NCBI GenBank assembly: GCA_963785305.1
Contig: CAWAUV010000007.1
Location: 704,001-768,000 of the forward strand
Direction: 5' to 3'
DNA from: an uncultured Planctomycetaceae bacterium
GTDB lineage: Bacteria; Planctomycetota; Planctomycetia; Pirellulales; PALSA-1355
Length of the DNA stretch: 64,000 nt
The translations under genes were made by a program, and so were the position numbers. Positions 22,689-33,985 of this stretch are shown one piece after another (the stretch's first letter is position 1; each line of letters starts with the position of its first letter). The notes below the pieces were generated by a model. It was given only the letters and a program-made list of their open reading frames with translations, had not been told where the DNA came from and searched no databases.

Positions 22689-24807
22689 CTATTGCGGTAT
22701 CAGGTCGTCTTTCTCCAGGTCTTGGACCGTGGTCGCGCTGGGATCGCGTTGTTGGCGTCCGCTCGCGCCGCCGTGGGTGTGGCCGGCGTGGCCCTGGCCG
22801 CCGGGGCCGATCGCTTCGGTTCCGCTGGCCGAGCGGACTTTGCCGTCGACCAGTTTCTCGCCGGGCTTGCCGCCATGCATCACTCCGGTGATGAAGTTGT
22901 CGACGGCGGCCGAATCGCGCATTTTTTCGAATTGCTCGCCCATGGCGAGTCGCTGTTTCTTTTCCTTGAGATCATTGTAGATCTCTTGCCGCACTTCGCT
23001 GAACAGAACGTTTTGCGGCGTGGTGCGGCCTTCGCAGTAGAGAATCACGAAGTTGGCGCCGGTTTGAATAATGGCCGACATCTGGCCCGGCTCGAGTTTG
23101 AACGCCTCTTTTTCCAGCAGTGGCTGCCCGCCATATCGTTGAATCGGCGGCACATCGCCCTTAAGCGCCCGGCTATTGGCTTCGATCGAGTAGTTTTCGG
23201 CCAGCTTGCCGAAGTATTCGGCTGTCGGATTGTTGCGCGCCTTTTCCCACACTTCTTGCGCTTGCGCTGGTTCGAGAGCACGATCGCCTTCACCCGCACC
23301 CGCGGCCCGAAGTTGGCCTCGAAGCCCTTTTTCAAATCTTCGTCGCTCACTTCGGGCGCGCCGACGATCTTCTTGAGCGCCACCGACGGCCATACCTGAT
23401 CTTGAATATAGATTTGCGGGGTGATGTCTTGCTGCTTGGTGATGTAATCAAGCCAGCCCTCGACATCGGGCACGCCCGGCTTAAGCACCTTGCCCATCGA
23501 AAGCGCGGCGCGGGCGATCTCGCCGTCGATATCGGCCTTGGTCACTTCCTTGTTCGCCTTGCGCAGCGACTGCTCGACGATGCGACGATTGATGAGTCCC
23601 TCGAGCACCTCGGGTCCGTGGCGCTCGATGCACTCGTCGGTCAGGTCCGCCATTGAAATCTGCCGGCCATTGACGATCGCCGCCACGCCGGGCATTTGCT
23701 TGCTTTTGACCGAATCGGAAAATACTTCTTGAATTACCGATTGTTCGCGCAGCTTCTTGAAGAGCGACATGCCCGCGGCGCGGGTCTTTCGCTCGCGCAG
23801 GGCGGCTTCGAGCATGCCGTCGATCTTGGTCCGATCGTCAACGCGCACCGCCGGGACTTGCCCCTCGCACATGAGAATCACATACATCTCGCCCACCGGC
23901 ACCAGCGGCGACACCTCGCCCTCTTTGAGCCGAAACGCCACATCTTCCAATATCTTGTCGCCCACATGATGCCGAATCGGTTGCACCAGGCCATTGGCGC
24001 TCGCGCTGTTCACGTCCTCGGAATACTTGCGGGCCAGGGCGCCAAACTCCTCGGGCTGGGCCCGCGCCTGGGCGAGCACCGAGCGAGCCTTTTTCTCGTC
24101 GCTGATGGCGATCAGGCGCACTTTGACCGCCGGGCCGAACTCGCTCTGAAAACCTTGCTCGATCTCGGCCTTGGTGACCACGAGTTCGGACTGCGCCACC
24201 TTTTTGAGCGCCAGAAGTGGCCAGATCACATCGTTGCCGTATTGCCGCGGTTTCACGCCGCGCTCTTTTTCGAGCATCTTGAGCCATTGGTCCGTGGGCA
24301 GTTGAAATTGCTTGGCCAAGCGATCGATCTCGGCTTGAACCTCTTGGGCCGTCACGGTGACATGCAAGCGCTCGCAGTGCTCGACGATCAATTCCTTGCT
24401 CACCAGACCATCGAGTGTTTCGTTGCCGTAGTGGGCCAGACATTCCTTGCCCAACTCGGCGCACGTGATCTCATCGCGATTCACAATCGCCACCACGCGC
24501 AGCTTCGACTCGGGCGCGGGGCCAAACGGCTTGCCGCTGACGGCGGTGGTCGCGGCCGCCGGGGCGGCTGGCGTCGATTTGGCAGCCGCCTTGCCCGCGG
24601 TGGCGGTTCGCTTGGGAAGCAATTGCGCCCAGAGCGGCGAGGCGCCGAGTGTCAGGCCCACGGCGAGCAGCGACGCGATCGATCGCCGGAGAAACCGGCC
24701 GCCGCGCGATGTCGCCCGGGGGCGGCGTCGGGGGCCGCCGGCCCGGCGAGCCGGATCGTGGCCGGAGGATTCGATCCCGCGTAGCGCACGCGACAAACAT
24801 TACTCAT
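22689..24807 (-). CDS. PpiC/parvulin-type peptidyl-prolyl isomerase (SurA/PrsA-like foldase, two rotamase units), frameshifted
   Basis: FGALARKYSEDVNSASANG, AFRLKEGEVS; second unit FGKLAENYSIE..AFKLEPGQMS in ORF 22689..23393. Confidence 0.88.
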
Positions 24808-24961
24808 GGCGCCTTCTCCCCTCATCCTTGAAGGAGCCCGCCGGGTTGGGCGCGGTATCGCGTTTCCCCCGGTCGTGGCCCGAGATTCGATAAACGACGG
24901 CTCCGCCATCGCCGCGCGGCCCATCGAAAACATCGGGGGCCACGGCTCGTTTCGCGCGCGA

Positions 24962-24990
24962 ACTATAGAGTTGCTGGCAATGGGCGTCAA
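24962..24990 (-). promoter_or_regulatory. Sigma70-like promoter upstream of the foldase gene
   Basis: TTGACG-17 nt-TATAGT on the minus strand. Confidence 0.6.
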
Positions 24991-25131
24991 GACGAAGTGA
25001 TAGCGAGCCTCCACTCGGCCCACGAGTCCTGGGCGTTGCGTGCTAGCAAATCTTCTTTTCCCTGGGCGAGATCGGGGCGCGGGGCAAAAACGCGTCGGGG
25101 GCGCCACGCCTCCTTGGCGTATTCCTCATGC

Positions 25132-25180
25132 GAAAAAAGATGCCGCGGCCCGGAGCCCCATGGCTCCGAACCGCGGCATT
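25132..25180 (-). terminator. Intrinsic terminator downstream of amt
   Basis: ATGCCGCGG..CGGAGCC/GGCTCCG..CCGCGGCAT hairpin followed by CTTTTTT on the minus strand. Confidence 0.7.
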
Positions 25181-25213
25181 CGATTGTTTAGCATGACGAC
25201 TCGCTAGGAAGCG

Positions 25214-26815
25214 TCACACGAAAATGTAGCCTTCTTCGCCGTGTTGGCTGATGTCCAAGCCTTCCATTTCGGCGGCTTGCGACGGACGGAGCCCGATCAC
25301 GACATCGATCACCTTCAGAATGATGACCGTGCAAACGATCGCGTAGCCCCAAGTAATGGCGGTGGCGATCAATTGGCCCTTGAGGAGCGAGCCGCCCTCG
25401 AGCAGTCCGATCGGATCGGTCACGAGCTTGCCATTGGCGGCCACGCTGCCGATGGCTCGCGTGGCGAACACGCCGGTAAGAATGGCGCCCAAGGTTCCGC
25501 CGACTCCGTGAACGCCGAAGGCGTCGAGCGAGTCGTCGTAGCCGAGCTTGTTCTTCATGGTCGACGAGGTAAAGGCACAGAGGGAGCCCGCGACGAGACC
25601 CATGTAGATCGCGTTCATCGGCGTCACATATCCGGCGGCCGGAGTGATGACCACGAGCCCGGCCACGGCGCCCGAGGCGGCGCCGAGCACGGTGGGCTTG
25701 CCCTTGAGAATCCATTCGTAACCGGCCCACGAGAGCGTGGCGGCGGCGGCGGCGAAATGGGTGGCGGCGAAGGCGCTGGAGGCCACGCCATCGGCCGCGC
25801 CGGCGCTACCGGCGTTGAAGCCGAACCACCCCACCCACAAGAGCGCGGCGCCCAAAAGGGTGTAGGTCAGGTTATGCGGAGGCATCGGTTCGACGCCGTA
25901 GCCCAATCGCTTGCCCATGAGCAGGGCGGCGATCAAGGCCGACACGCCCGAACTGATATGCACGACCGTGCCACCGGCGAAATCGAGCGCACCGCCACCG
26001 AAGGCGAATTCGCTGCCGTAGGCCAGAACACCACCACCCCAAACCCAGTGGCAGAGCGGAAGGTAGACGATCGTTCCCCAGAGAATCGAAAACACGACCA
26101 TGGCGCTGAACTTCATCCGCTCGGCGAAGGCGCCGCAGATCAGGCCCGGCGTGATGATGAAGAACATGAGCTGAAACAGCATGTGCGAATACACCGGAAT
26201 ATTCAGCGCCGCATGCAGCGGAATCTCGGCCTTGCCCGGATCATCGCCCACCGAGGCCAAGTCGTCTTGGGCCCATTTGAGCTTGTCGGCCAGGGGCGGT
26301 TTCTTGGCGGCGTCTTTTTCGTCGTCGAGCGCTTTCTTGGCGTCGTCGACGCGGGCTTGGAACGTTTCCTTGGTGACGAACTCGGCGCTAACGCCCTTCA
26401 TGAACAGGAAATCGCCTCCGCCGATCCAGCCGTCTTTCGTCGCGCCAAATCCAAGCGAGTAGCCGTAGAGCGCCCAAATGACGCTCATGAGGCCCATCAA
26501 GAAGAAGCACTGCATCAAGATACTGAGCACGTTTTTCTTCCGCACCAAGCCGCCATAAAACATGGCCAAGCCCGGCGCGGTCATCATCAGCACCAAGGCG
26601 CTTGATGTGAGCATCCAGGCATTGTCGCCACGATCGATCGTCCGCGGCGGAGTGCCGGTCGGGCTTACCTCGGGCACAACCCCGGGCGACTCGGCCACGG
26701 CCGTGGTGGTCGCGGGCTCTTGCTGTGCTTGGGCCGGCCGCGTTGCCAGCAGGGCGCAGGCGCCCAGCGCAAGCGCGAAAATTCCGATTCGAAACCAAGA
26801 AACGTGTGAGTTCAT
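25214..26815 (-). CDS. amtB: Ammonium transporter (Amt family)
   Basis: LVLMMTAPGLAMFYGGLVRKKN, FQLMFFIIT, FAERMKF, DFAGGTVVH, WFGFNAGS, DDSLDAFGVHG. Confidence 0.96.
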   Translation of the reverse strand: MNSHVSWFRIGIFALALGACALLATRPAQAQQEPATTTAVAESPGVVPEVSPTGTPPRTIDRGDNAWMLTSSALVLMMTAPGLAMFYGGLVRKKNVLSILMQCFFLMGLMSVIWALYGYSLGFGATKDGWIGGGDFLFMKGVSAEFVTKETFQARVDDAKKALDDEKDAAKKPPLADKLKWAQDDLASVGDDPGKAEIPLHAALNIPVYSHMLFQLMFFIITPGLICGAFAERMKFSAMVVFSILWGTIVYLPLCHWVWGGGVLAYGSEFAFGGGALDFAGGTVVHISSGVSALIAALLMGKRLGYGVEPMPPHNLTYTLLGAALLWVGWFGFNAGSAGAADGVASSAFAATHFAAAAATLSWAGYEWILKGKPTVLGAASGAVAGLVVITPAAGYVTPMNAIYMGLVAGSLCAFTSSTMKNKLGYDDSLDAFGVHGVGGTLGAILTGVFATRAIGSVAANGKLVTDPIGLLEGGSLLKGQLIATAITWGYAIVCTVIILKVIDVVIGLRPSQAAEMEGLDISQHGEEGYIFV

Positions 26816-27326
26816 TCGAGCCTGCCTTTCATGGACAAAATAAAAACGCATGACCTAGATGCAAAAACGGGTTCAACGATTCACCGGCCTCGAAAGAACG
26901 TGTCACTTTCTTCCCGCACCGCCACGATCTCGACGTCGACGCCATTCGAGCCGTGTGTTTCCAAGACGCGACGGCCGCTCCCGTAAGAGCGCTGGCGAGC
27001 TTGGCGACAACGGCATTGAACATCGTTTTCCGTGGAGATCGAACGTCAAACTTGTGAGAATCGACTGCAACAAGCCCTCGCCGGCCTGATCAAAACACGA
27101 AGCAACTCGCGACGCGCGAAAACCTTGGCGACGCAATTCCCGACCAAACAGGCCATCGTCGCGCCGACGACCTGGGGTTTCGCGAGGTAAGATATCCGCC
27201 TGCGGGCCGACCGACTCGACGGCTCGGGTCAGGCCAGGGAAGCCCCCCCATTGCCACGATCCGCATCCCGCTTCTCGCCAAACCCGGGGATGAGCGAGTC
27301 GTGCGGCCAAAGTTCGGCACGCATTT

Positions 27327-27342
27327 AGCAAAAACGGCGCCA
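27327..27342 (-). promoter_or_regulatory. Sigma54-like -24/-12 promoter facing amt
   Basis: TGGCGCCGTTTTTGCT with exact GG-N10-GC spacing. Confidence 0.5.
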
Positions 27343-27592
27343 TGCCGTCCGGGCGTTTCCCAAACTGCAAATCACCCCTTTTTTTCCGACAAAAGCGGAA
27401 TTCCCCGATTGAGGGGTTCCCGATTCAAGCCCGGCCGGATGCAATTTGCTGGCGCCCGACGCCTAGTTGCGCTGCAGGCCCCCCGGGTTTGTGTAGTGCT
27501 CGGCCCGGTCGGCGCCCAAGCATGGGCGCCCCCCGAGCGGCGGCGCAACCCGCAACTCCGATGTTCACCGCCCCTCTTGAAGAAACGGCTCC

Positions 27593-29700
27593 ATGTCCGA
27601 ATCCCATCGCTTTCTCGAAACTCTCACGATCGTGTTGCTGATGGCCGCCGGCGCCACGGTGCTCTTTCAGCGGCTCAAGCAGCCAATCGTGCTTGGCTAC
27701 CTGTTGGCCGGCATGATCATCGGCCCCAACATTCCCGTGCCGGTGGAAGCCGACCATGGCGTGGTCGAATCGCTCTCCGAACTGGGCGTGATTCTGCTGA
27801 TGTTTTCGCTTGGCATCGAGTTCAGTTTCCGCAAGCTGCTGCGCGTGGGCGCCACCGCCGGTATCGTCGCGCTCATCGAAACGAGTTTCATGGTCTGGCT
27901 CGGATATCTCGTCACGCGCTCGCTCGGCTGGTCGCCACTGGAGAGCTTCTATGGTGGCGCGATGGTCGCGATTTCGAGCACCACGATCATTGTCAAAGCG
28001 TTTGCCGAACAGCGGATGCGCGAGCCTTTTACCCAGATCGTGCTCGGGGTGCTGATCTTCGAGGACCTGGTGGCCATTTTGCTCATCACCGTGCTCACCG
28101 CCGTTTCGACCGGCGAAAAGCTCGATGCCCGCGCCTTGGCCTGGACCGGAGGACGCTTGGCCCTCTTTCTTGGCTTGGCGGTGATCGTGGGCCTGGCGAT
28201 CGCGCCGCGACTGCTGCGGATGATCGTCGGCTTGCGTCGGCCCGAGACCACGGTCGTGGCGAGCGTGGGCCTGGCCTTCGGCTTTGCCCTCGTGGCCATG
28301 CTCTGCAACTACTCGGTCGCGCTGGGGGCCTTTATCGCCGGGGGCATCGTGGCGCTCTCGGGCGTCGACCACACGATTCAGCGGCTCGTCGAGCCGGTGC
28401 GCGATATCTTTGCTGCCGTGTTCTTCGTGTCGGTCGGCATGCTGATCGATCCGGCTCAAATCGCCGAGCACTGGGTGGCGGTGCTCGCGCTGGTGGCGAC
28501 CGTGATTCTCGGCAAGACCGTCAGCGTATCGGCCGCCACCTTTCTCACTGGGCAGCCGATCGAAACCGCCGTGAAAGCCGGGCTCAGCCAAACCCAGATC
28601 GGCGAGTTCTCCTTTATCATCGCCGGCGTGGGCATCGCCACCGGCGCGACGCGGGAATTTCTCTATCCGGTGGCGGTCGCGGTGTCGGCGCTCACCACGC
28701 TCTCGACGCCGCTGCTCATCCGCTCCGGTGCGCCAGTCGCGAAGCTGATCGATCGCAAGCTGCCCCGGCCGCTCCAAACGTTCGCCGCGCTCTACGGCGC
28801 ATGGATCGAGCAGCTTCGCATCGGAGTGACTTATCGCGGAGAACCGACTCGGCTGCGAACGCTCATTCGCTGGCTGGCGGCCGATGCGATGCTGGTCGCC
28901 GCCATCACGATCGCCGGCGCCACGCAATTTCCGCGGCTCGATGAGTTCGTGCGCCGCTGGTCGGGGCTTCGGCCCGAAGCCGGGCGCAATCTGGCGATCG
29001 GGCTGATCGCCGCAGCCACGATTCCCTTTTGGATCGGCATGATCCGCACCACGCGCTCGCTAGGGCTCGAGTTGGCCGACCGCGCGCTCCCGCCGCCGCA
29101 GCCCGGCAAGGTGGACTTGGCCAATTCCGCCCGGCGGTTGTTCGTGGTCACGCTCCAACTCACGATCGCGGTGTTGGTCGGCGCGCCGCTGGTGGCGATC
29201 ACGCAGCCGTTTCTGCCGCTGCCACACGCCGGCGGGGCGGCGCTGTTCGCCGTCGTTGGCCTGGCGCTTGTGCCGCTCTGGCGCAGAGCGACCAATCTGC
29301 AAGGCCATGTCACGGCCGCCAGCCAACTGATCGCCGAAACGCTCTCGCGCAAACGCGCGACGACTCGCAGCCTTCTAGCGATCAGATGCCGAATCTTTCG
29401 ACCACCGTGGCCCGAGCGCTCGATCCGGCCCAGAGCCTGCTGCTCGGCATCGGCGCATGCTCGCATGCCACGATCCTGCCCCACACGGCGGCGGCGGGCA
29501 AATCGCTGGCCGAGCTCAACATCCGCGGACTCACCGGGGCCACGGTGCTGGCGATCCGGCGCGGCGACAACACGCTCCGCATTCCCGATGGAAAGCAACG
29601 CATTGCCGAGGGCGACGATCTGGTGCTGGCCGGCGCTCAAGAAGCGATCGAAGCCGCCAAGTCGCTGCTCACGGCGCCGGCAACGCCGCAAGCAACGTGA
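27593..29700 (+). CDS. CPA2 family cation:proton antiporter with C-terminal TrkA-C (RCK_C) domain, frameshift near 29370
   Basis: LGYLLAGMIIGP, ELGVILLMFSLGIEFS, ISSTTII, LIFEDL, QIGEFSFII; 'GKSLAELNIRGLTGATVLAIRRG' in ORF 29029..29700. Confidence 0.92.
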
Positions 29701-29746
29701 AACGTCTCGCGACCGCTTGCGGCCTGCCGCATATTTCAGCACCCTG

Positions 29747-30786
29747 CTAGGCCGAAGCGAGCTGCCGCCCGGGCGAGATCGACTTGCCCAAAACCTCGGC
29801 CACGGCGCGAATCTGGCGGACCAGTTCGGCATACTGCTCGGGCAAGAGCGCTTGCGGACCGTCGGACATCGCCTCTTCCGGACAATTATGCACTTCGATA
29901 TGCACGCCATCGGCCCCGGCCGCCACTCCGGCCAGCGCGCAAGCCGGAATCAGATCGGGTCGGCCGGTCGCATGGCTCGGGTCGACGATAATCGGCAAGT
30001 GCGAGAGCGCCTTGGTCGCCGGCACGGCCGCCACGTCGAACAGGTTGCGCGTCGATGAATCGAAACTCTTCACGCCGCGCTCGCAAAGCACGACATCGGA
30101 ATTCCCTTGCGAGAGAATGTACTCGGCGCTCATCAGCAGATCGACCACCGTGGCGCTCATGCCGCGCTTGAGCAGCACCGGCTTGCGAGTCTGGCCGACC
30201 TCGGTGAGCAATACGAAATTCTGCATGTTGCGGGCGCCGATCTGAATCATGTCGGCATAGCGTTCGACGACTTCCACGCGCCGGGGATCCATGACTTCGG
30301 TGACCACCGGGAGACCGTGTTTATCGCCGACTTCGCGCAGGATTTTGAGGCCCTCCTCGCCCATGCCTTGATAGGCGTAGGGACTGGTGCGGGGCTTGTA
30401 CGCGCCGCCGCGCAGGATATTGGCGCCCGCCGCCTTGACGGCGCCGGCGATGATGTCGAGCCGGTCAGCGCCTTCGATCGCGCAGGGCCCGGCGATCATC
30501 GCCAGATGGCCGCCGCCGATCTTCACGCCCGACACATCGACGATGCTCGGGGCCGGATGGGCCTCATGGCTGGCGAGCTTGTAGGGCGGCAACACCGGAA
30601 TCACATCGGCCACGCCTTGAATGGCCTTGAGCGGCGCGCGCGCAGTTCGGCTTCGTCGCCGATCACGCCGATGATCGTGCGGTAGGTGCCGCGGCTCAGA
30701 TGCGCCTTGAGGCCCAGCGATTCCACGCGCTTGACGACATGTTCGATTTGTTCATCGGTGGCGCCCGACTTGAGAATGATAATCAT
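29747..30786 (-). CDS. aroF: DAHP synthase type I-beta with N-terminal ACT-like domain, frameshift near 30635
   Basis: [43 protein letters not shown]-terminus [14 protein letters not shown] in ORF 30601..30786. Confidence 0.95.
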
Positions 30787-30896
30787 GGGGAATCGTGGCT
30801 CCTGGGCGGCGAATCGCTCGCCGGGTGGGTTCGGTTCGTAAAAATGAATGTTCGGCGCGAGCGCGGCAAACCGGCCGACGGCGAGGCGCTCATTCC

Positions 30897-32012
30897 TCAG
30901 TCGATCGGCGCGAGCTTGGCGTAGGAGCCGAGAACTTCGAGCCGCACCGCCTTGCGCTCGAGCGCCGCGATCGCCTTGCTCACGCGGCTATCGCGCTCGT
31001 GGCCCTCGACCTCGACAAAAAACAAATAGCCTCCCTCGGGCCGAGCCATGGGAAACGACTCGATCCAAGTCAGGTTCAGTCGATTGCGTTTGAAGATCGC
31101 CATCGCGTCGGCCAGGCTGCCGGGCTGGTGGCGAATCTCGAACATCAGCGCCGTTTTGTCTTTTCCGGTGCGGGCGCCCGATTCATCGCCGATCACGGCG
31201 AACCGGGTGAGATTGCCCTGCTGATCTTCGATGCTGGCTGCCAACACGCTCAGTCCATAATGCGTGCCGGCTTGCACGCTGGCAATGGCCGCGGCGCCCG
31301 GTTTTTCTTGGGCAAGCTGGGCGGCGGTCGAGGTGCTGGTCACTTCCACCAGTCGCGCCAGCGGCATGTGCTTGGCCAGCCAATGCCGGCACTGTGAAAG
31401 CGCCTGCGGCTTGCTATAGATTTCCCGCACTTCGTCGCGAGTCGTGCGGCCGAGCAGATTGTGATGAATCCGCAATTGCACCTCGCCGCAGATTCTCACC
31501 CGCAGCCGGGCAAACATGTCGAGCGTGTCGGCCACGCGGCCATCGGTCGAGTTTTCGATCGGCGCAATTCCAAAATCGACCTGATGCCGGTTCACCTCCT
31601 CGAACACCGCGCCAATGCTGCCCACCGGCACGAACTCGACGCTTTGTCCAAACCGATGGATCGCCGCCAAGTGGCTGTAGCTATGCGGCGGCCCGAGATA
31701 CGCCACCCGCAAATGCTTCTCGAGCGCCCGGGAACCGCTGATCAACTCGCGGAACACATTGCGCACACAGGTTTCGCCAAGCGGCCCTTCGCTCAGCGCC
31801 ACGACTCGGGCCAGCACCTCATCCTCGCGCAGCGGCGCGTAGGCGCACATGCCCGCGTGGTCCTTGAGCTTGCCGATCTCATGCGCGACCTGGGCCCGAT
31901 CGTTCATCAATCGGACCAGGGCCTGATCGATGCGGTCGATCTTTCCCCGCAACGTGGCCAGCGACGGCATTCGGGCGGCGGAGTCTTTCTTGGTGACCTT
32001 CTCTTTTGCCAT
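30897..32012 (-). CDS. pheA: Chorismate mutase / prephenate dehydratase
   Basis: [54 protein letters not shown]. Confidence 0.96.
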   Translation of the reverse strand: MAKEKVTKKDSAARMPSLATLRGKIDRIDQALVRLMNDRAQVAHEIGKLKDHAGMCAYAPLREDEVLARVVALSEGPLGETCVRNVFRELISGSRALEKHLRVAYLGPPHSYSHLAAIHRFGQSVEFVPVGSIGAVFEEVNRHQVDFGIAPIENSTDGRVADTLDMFARLRVRICGEVQLRIHHNLLGRTTRDEVREIYSKPQALSQCRHWLAKHMPLARLVEVTSTSTAAQLAQEKPGAAAIASVQAGTHYGLSVLAASIEDQQGNLTRFAVIGDESGARTGKDKTALMFEIRHQPGSLADAMAIFKRNRLNLTWIESFPMARPEGGYLFFVEVEGHERDSRVSKAIAALERKAVRLEVLGSYAKLAPID

Positions 32013-32101
32013 CGGGTCGATTCGCCGCAAAGGCTCGCGGATGCGCGAGTTGAAAAAAGGGGACATGAGGGCGTGGCGTCGACCGTCGTGGGTCGAGCCC
32101 C

Positions 32102-32130
32102 CTTGTACTTTGGCCAAGCGCGGGTGTCAA
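32102..32130 (-). promoter_or_regulatory. Sigma70-like promoter for pheA-aroF
   Basis: TTGACA-17 nt-TACAAG on the minus strand. Confidence 0.5.
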
Positions 32131-32322
32131 GCGACACCCCTTCCTTAGATGGACATTGGCCCACTAATAAGTGGTGGTCGGCGGCGGTTTTTGGCTGGAA
32201 GTGTCGCCTGTTCCCATGCTGGAGAGGCCGATTTTGTGCTTTAGGGCCGACTTGCCGGCGGTCGATGACGAGTTGCAGGGACTCGACCACAGTCACGAAT
32301 CGTAAAGCTGGGGGGCTTGGCG

Positions 32323-32613
32323 ATGAGATTACGACCCGCCGCGCCGTTCCTGCTCGCACTGGCGATCGCCTTGTCGCTCGCCGGCGCCGGCAGCGCAAGC
32401 GCCTGGACCGGACTGCCTTCGCCCAATTCACCGCACTACCGATATCCCTCGGTGCTCGACGCCCCGCGAGGCTATGGGCCGCTGCCGGTCTATGGCTTTG
32501 CCGGACCGTCGTACCGCTGGGGCTGGTTCGGAGTGCAATATCGACCCCGCTCCGTGCATTACACCGGCGCCAATCTCGACTACTGGCAAACCGGCTACCG
32601 CTGGGGCTATTAG
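32323..32613 (+). CDS. Small secreted Tyr/Trp/Gly/Pro-rich protein
   Basis: Clear signal peptide ending ASA; mature part ends YRWGY. Confidence 0.7.
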   Translation: MRLRPAAPFLLALAIALSLAGAGSASAWTGLPSPNSPHYRYPSVLDAPRGYGPLPVYGFAGPSYRWGWFGVQYRPRSVHYTGANLDYWQTGYRWGY

Positions 32614-32798
32614 TCGATCGGCGGGGTCGAGAGCGCCCTGCTCGAGAAATCGGCGTTTGTCCACGACGAGACGCGCGACCGTTCCCGGTGTCCGGCGGGC
32701 AAGCCGCTGCCCTCCACGAACACGACCACCGAGCGGCAGCGGCCAGCGCACGCGTGATCGTTACACCGCCGCGGCGAAAGATTGCGAAGCGCACCCGC

Positions 32799-33809
32799 TC
32801 AGGGCTCTTGGGCATAGTTCAAAAACGCCTCGGCGATGTGGGCTTCTTTTTCATCGCCGCGATGCAGAATCACGCGGCAGCGCATCGCGAGCGATTCGCC
32901 CTTGGGTAGCGTGTAAGCGCCATCGCCCGAGCCCGAGAGCTCATGATCGCCAAACGGATTGACGGCCAGTAGACCATAAGGCCGGACGAACCAGCAGTTG
33001 GGCGCCCGAAAGCTCTTCGGATGCACAAGCAGGGCGATGCCGACCGTTTGCCCATCGACCGGGCCATGAAAGTCGCACCATTCGGCTCGCTTGCCGAAGG
33101 CGGCGGCGTCGGTTTGGCCGACGCTGTTGATGAGCAGGCCGCCCAATTTCGATTCGCCACGAATGGTCGAGGCCACGCGCAGAGCGAGCGCGCCTTCTTT
33201 CGTGTCGCCGAACTTCACTTCGCCCGGCGCGGCGATCAGACGAATCGTCACATCGATCACGCGCTTGTCCGTCTCATCGCGAAACACGAATCGGCGCTCG
33301 TCTTCGCACTGTTTTTCGCCGGCGGCATTGAGCCAGTCGCTTTTGGTGACAAGCGTCGCGCGCTCGCCACCCGACGCCTCCGCGATCTCGCGATGACGAA
33401 TGACGCCTCGTCCCTTGCCTTCGGTCCAGAAGTTCACGCCATTGACAATGCCCAAGGCGAACCAAAACGAGCGATGATGCAAATGATCGCGCTCTTCGCC
33501 AGCCGCCTCGGCCACGGGATATGCGCGGGTCATTGCCCGTTCGTCGGGCCCGATAAGCGGCCACATCACCGGCTTGCCGCCCGACTCGAAGCGATATTCG
33601 GTCATCAGCCGGCCATCGAGCTTCACCACGACGCCGCGCTCCGTCTTTTCGACCGACCACTCGCCGGCTGCCGCGGGCGCCACCCAAGCGCCGGCAACGG
33701 CAATCGCGACCGCCAGCGGAGCGAACCACGGCGTGGGCGAGCAGTCGGCCCGCGGGCGAGCGAAAGCAGCGCGGCGAGGCGTGCGCCGAGTCGAGGAAAA
33801 AGCGTGCAT
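32799..33809 (-). CDS. Exported DUF6807 ('PmoA-like' label) family protein
   Basis: KPVMWPL, TRAYP, DHLHHRSFWF, FGDTKEG, WFVRPYGLLAVNPFG. Confidence 0.8.
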   Translation of the reverse strand: MHAFSSTRRTPRRAAFARPRADCSPTPWFAPLAVAIAVAGAWVAPAAAGEWSVEKTERGVVVKLDGRLMTEYRFESGGKPVMWPLIGPDERAMTRAYPVAEAAGEERDHLHHRSFWFALGIVNGVNFWTEGKGRGVIRHREIAEASGGERATLVTKSDWLNAAGEKQCEDERRFVFRDETDKRVIDVTIRLIAAPGEVKFGDTKEGALALRVASTIRGESKLGGLLINSVGQTDAAAFGKRAEWCDFHGPVDGQTVGIALLVHPKSFRAPNCWFVRPYGLLAVNPFGDHELSGSGDGAYTLPKGESLAMRCRVILHRGDEKEAHIAEAFLNYAQEP

Positions 33810-33985
33810 CGGTGGGTGCTCCTGGGCGGGAGTGATTCGGAGAGAACGTCTCCGGCCCAGTGTAACCCATCGCAATGCCCGCGGCATCTGCGCGGTGGCC
33901 CAAGCGCCCTCGCCCGCCCCTCGTTCAAATGGAAGAGGGAGTGTCGTGGAGCGTGCAGTAGCCTGTTGAACGTTCTAACCGAATG

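Noticed and set aside
32799..33809. Methane monooxygenase subunit pmoA
   Set aside because: Soluble exported protein with no pmoB/pmoC nearby; 'PmoA-like' is only a family label.
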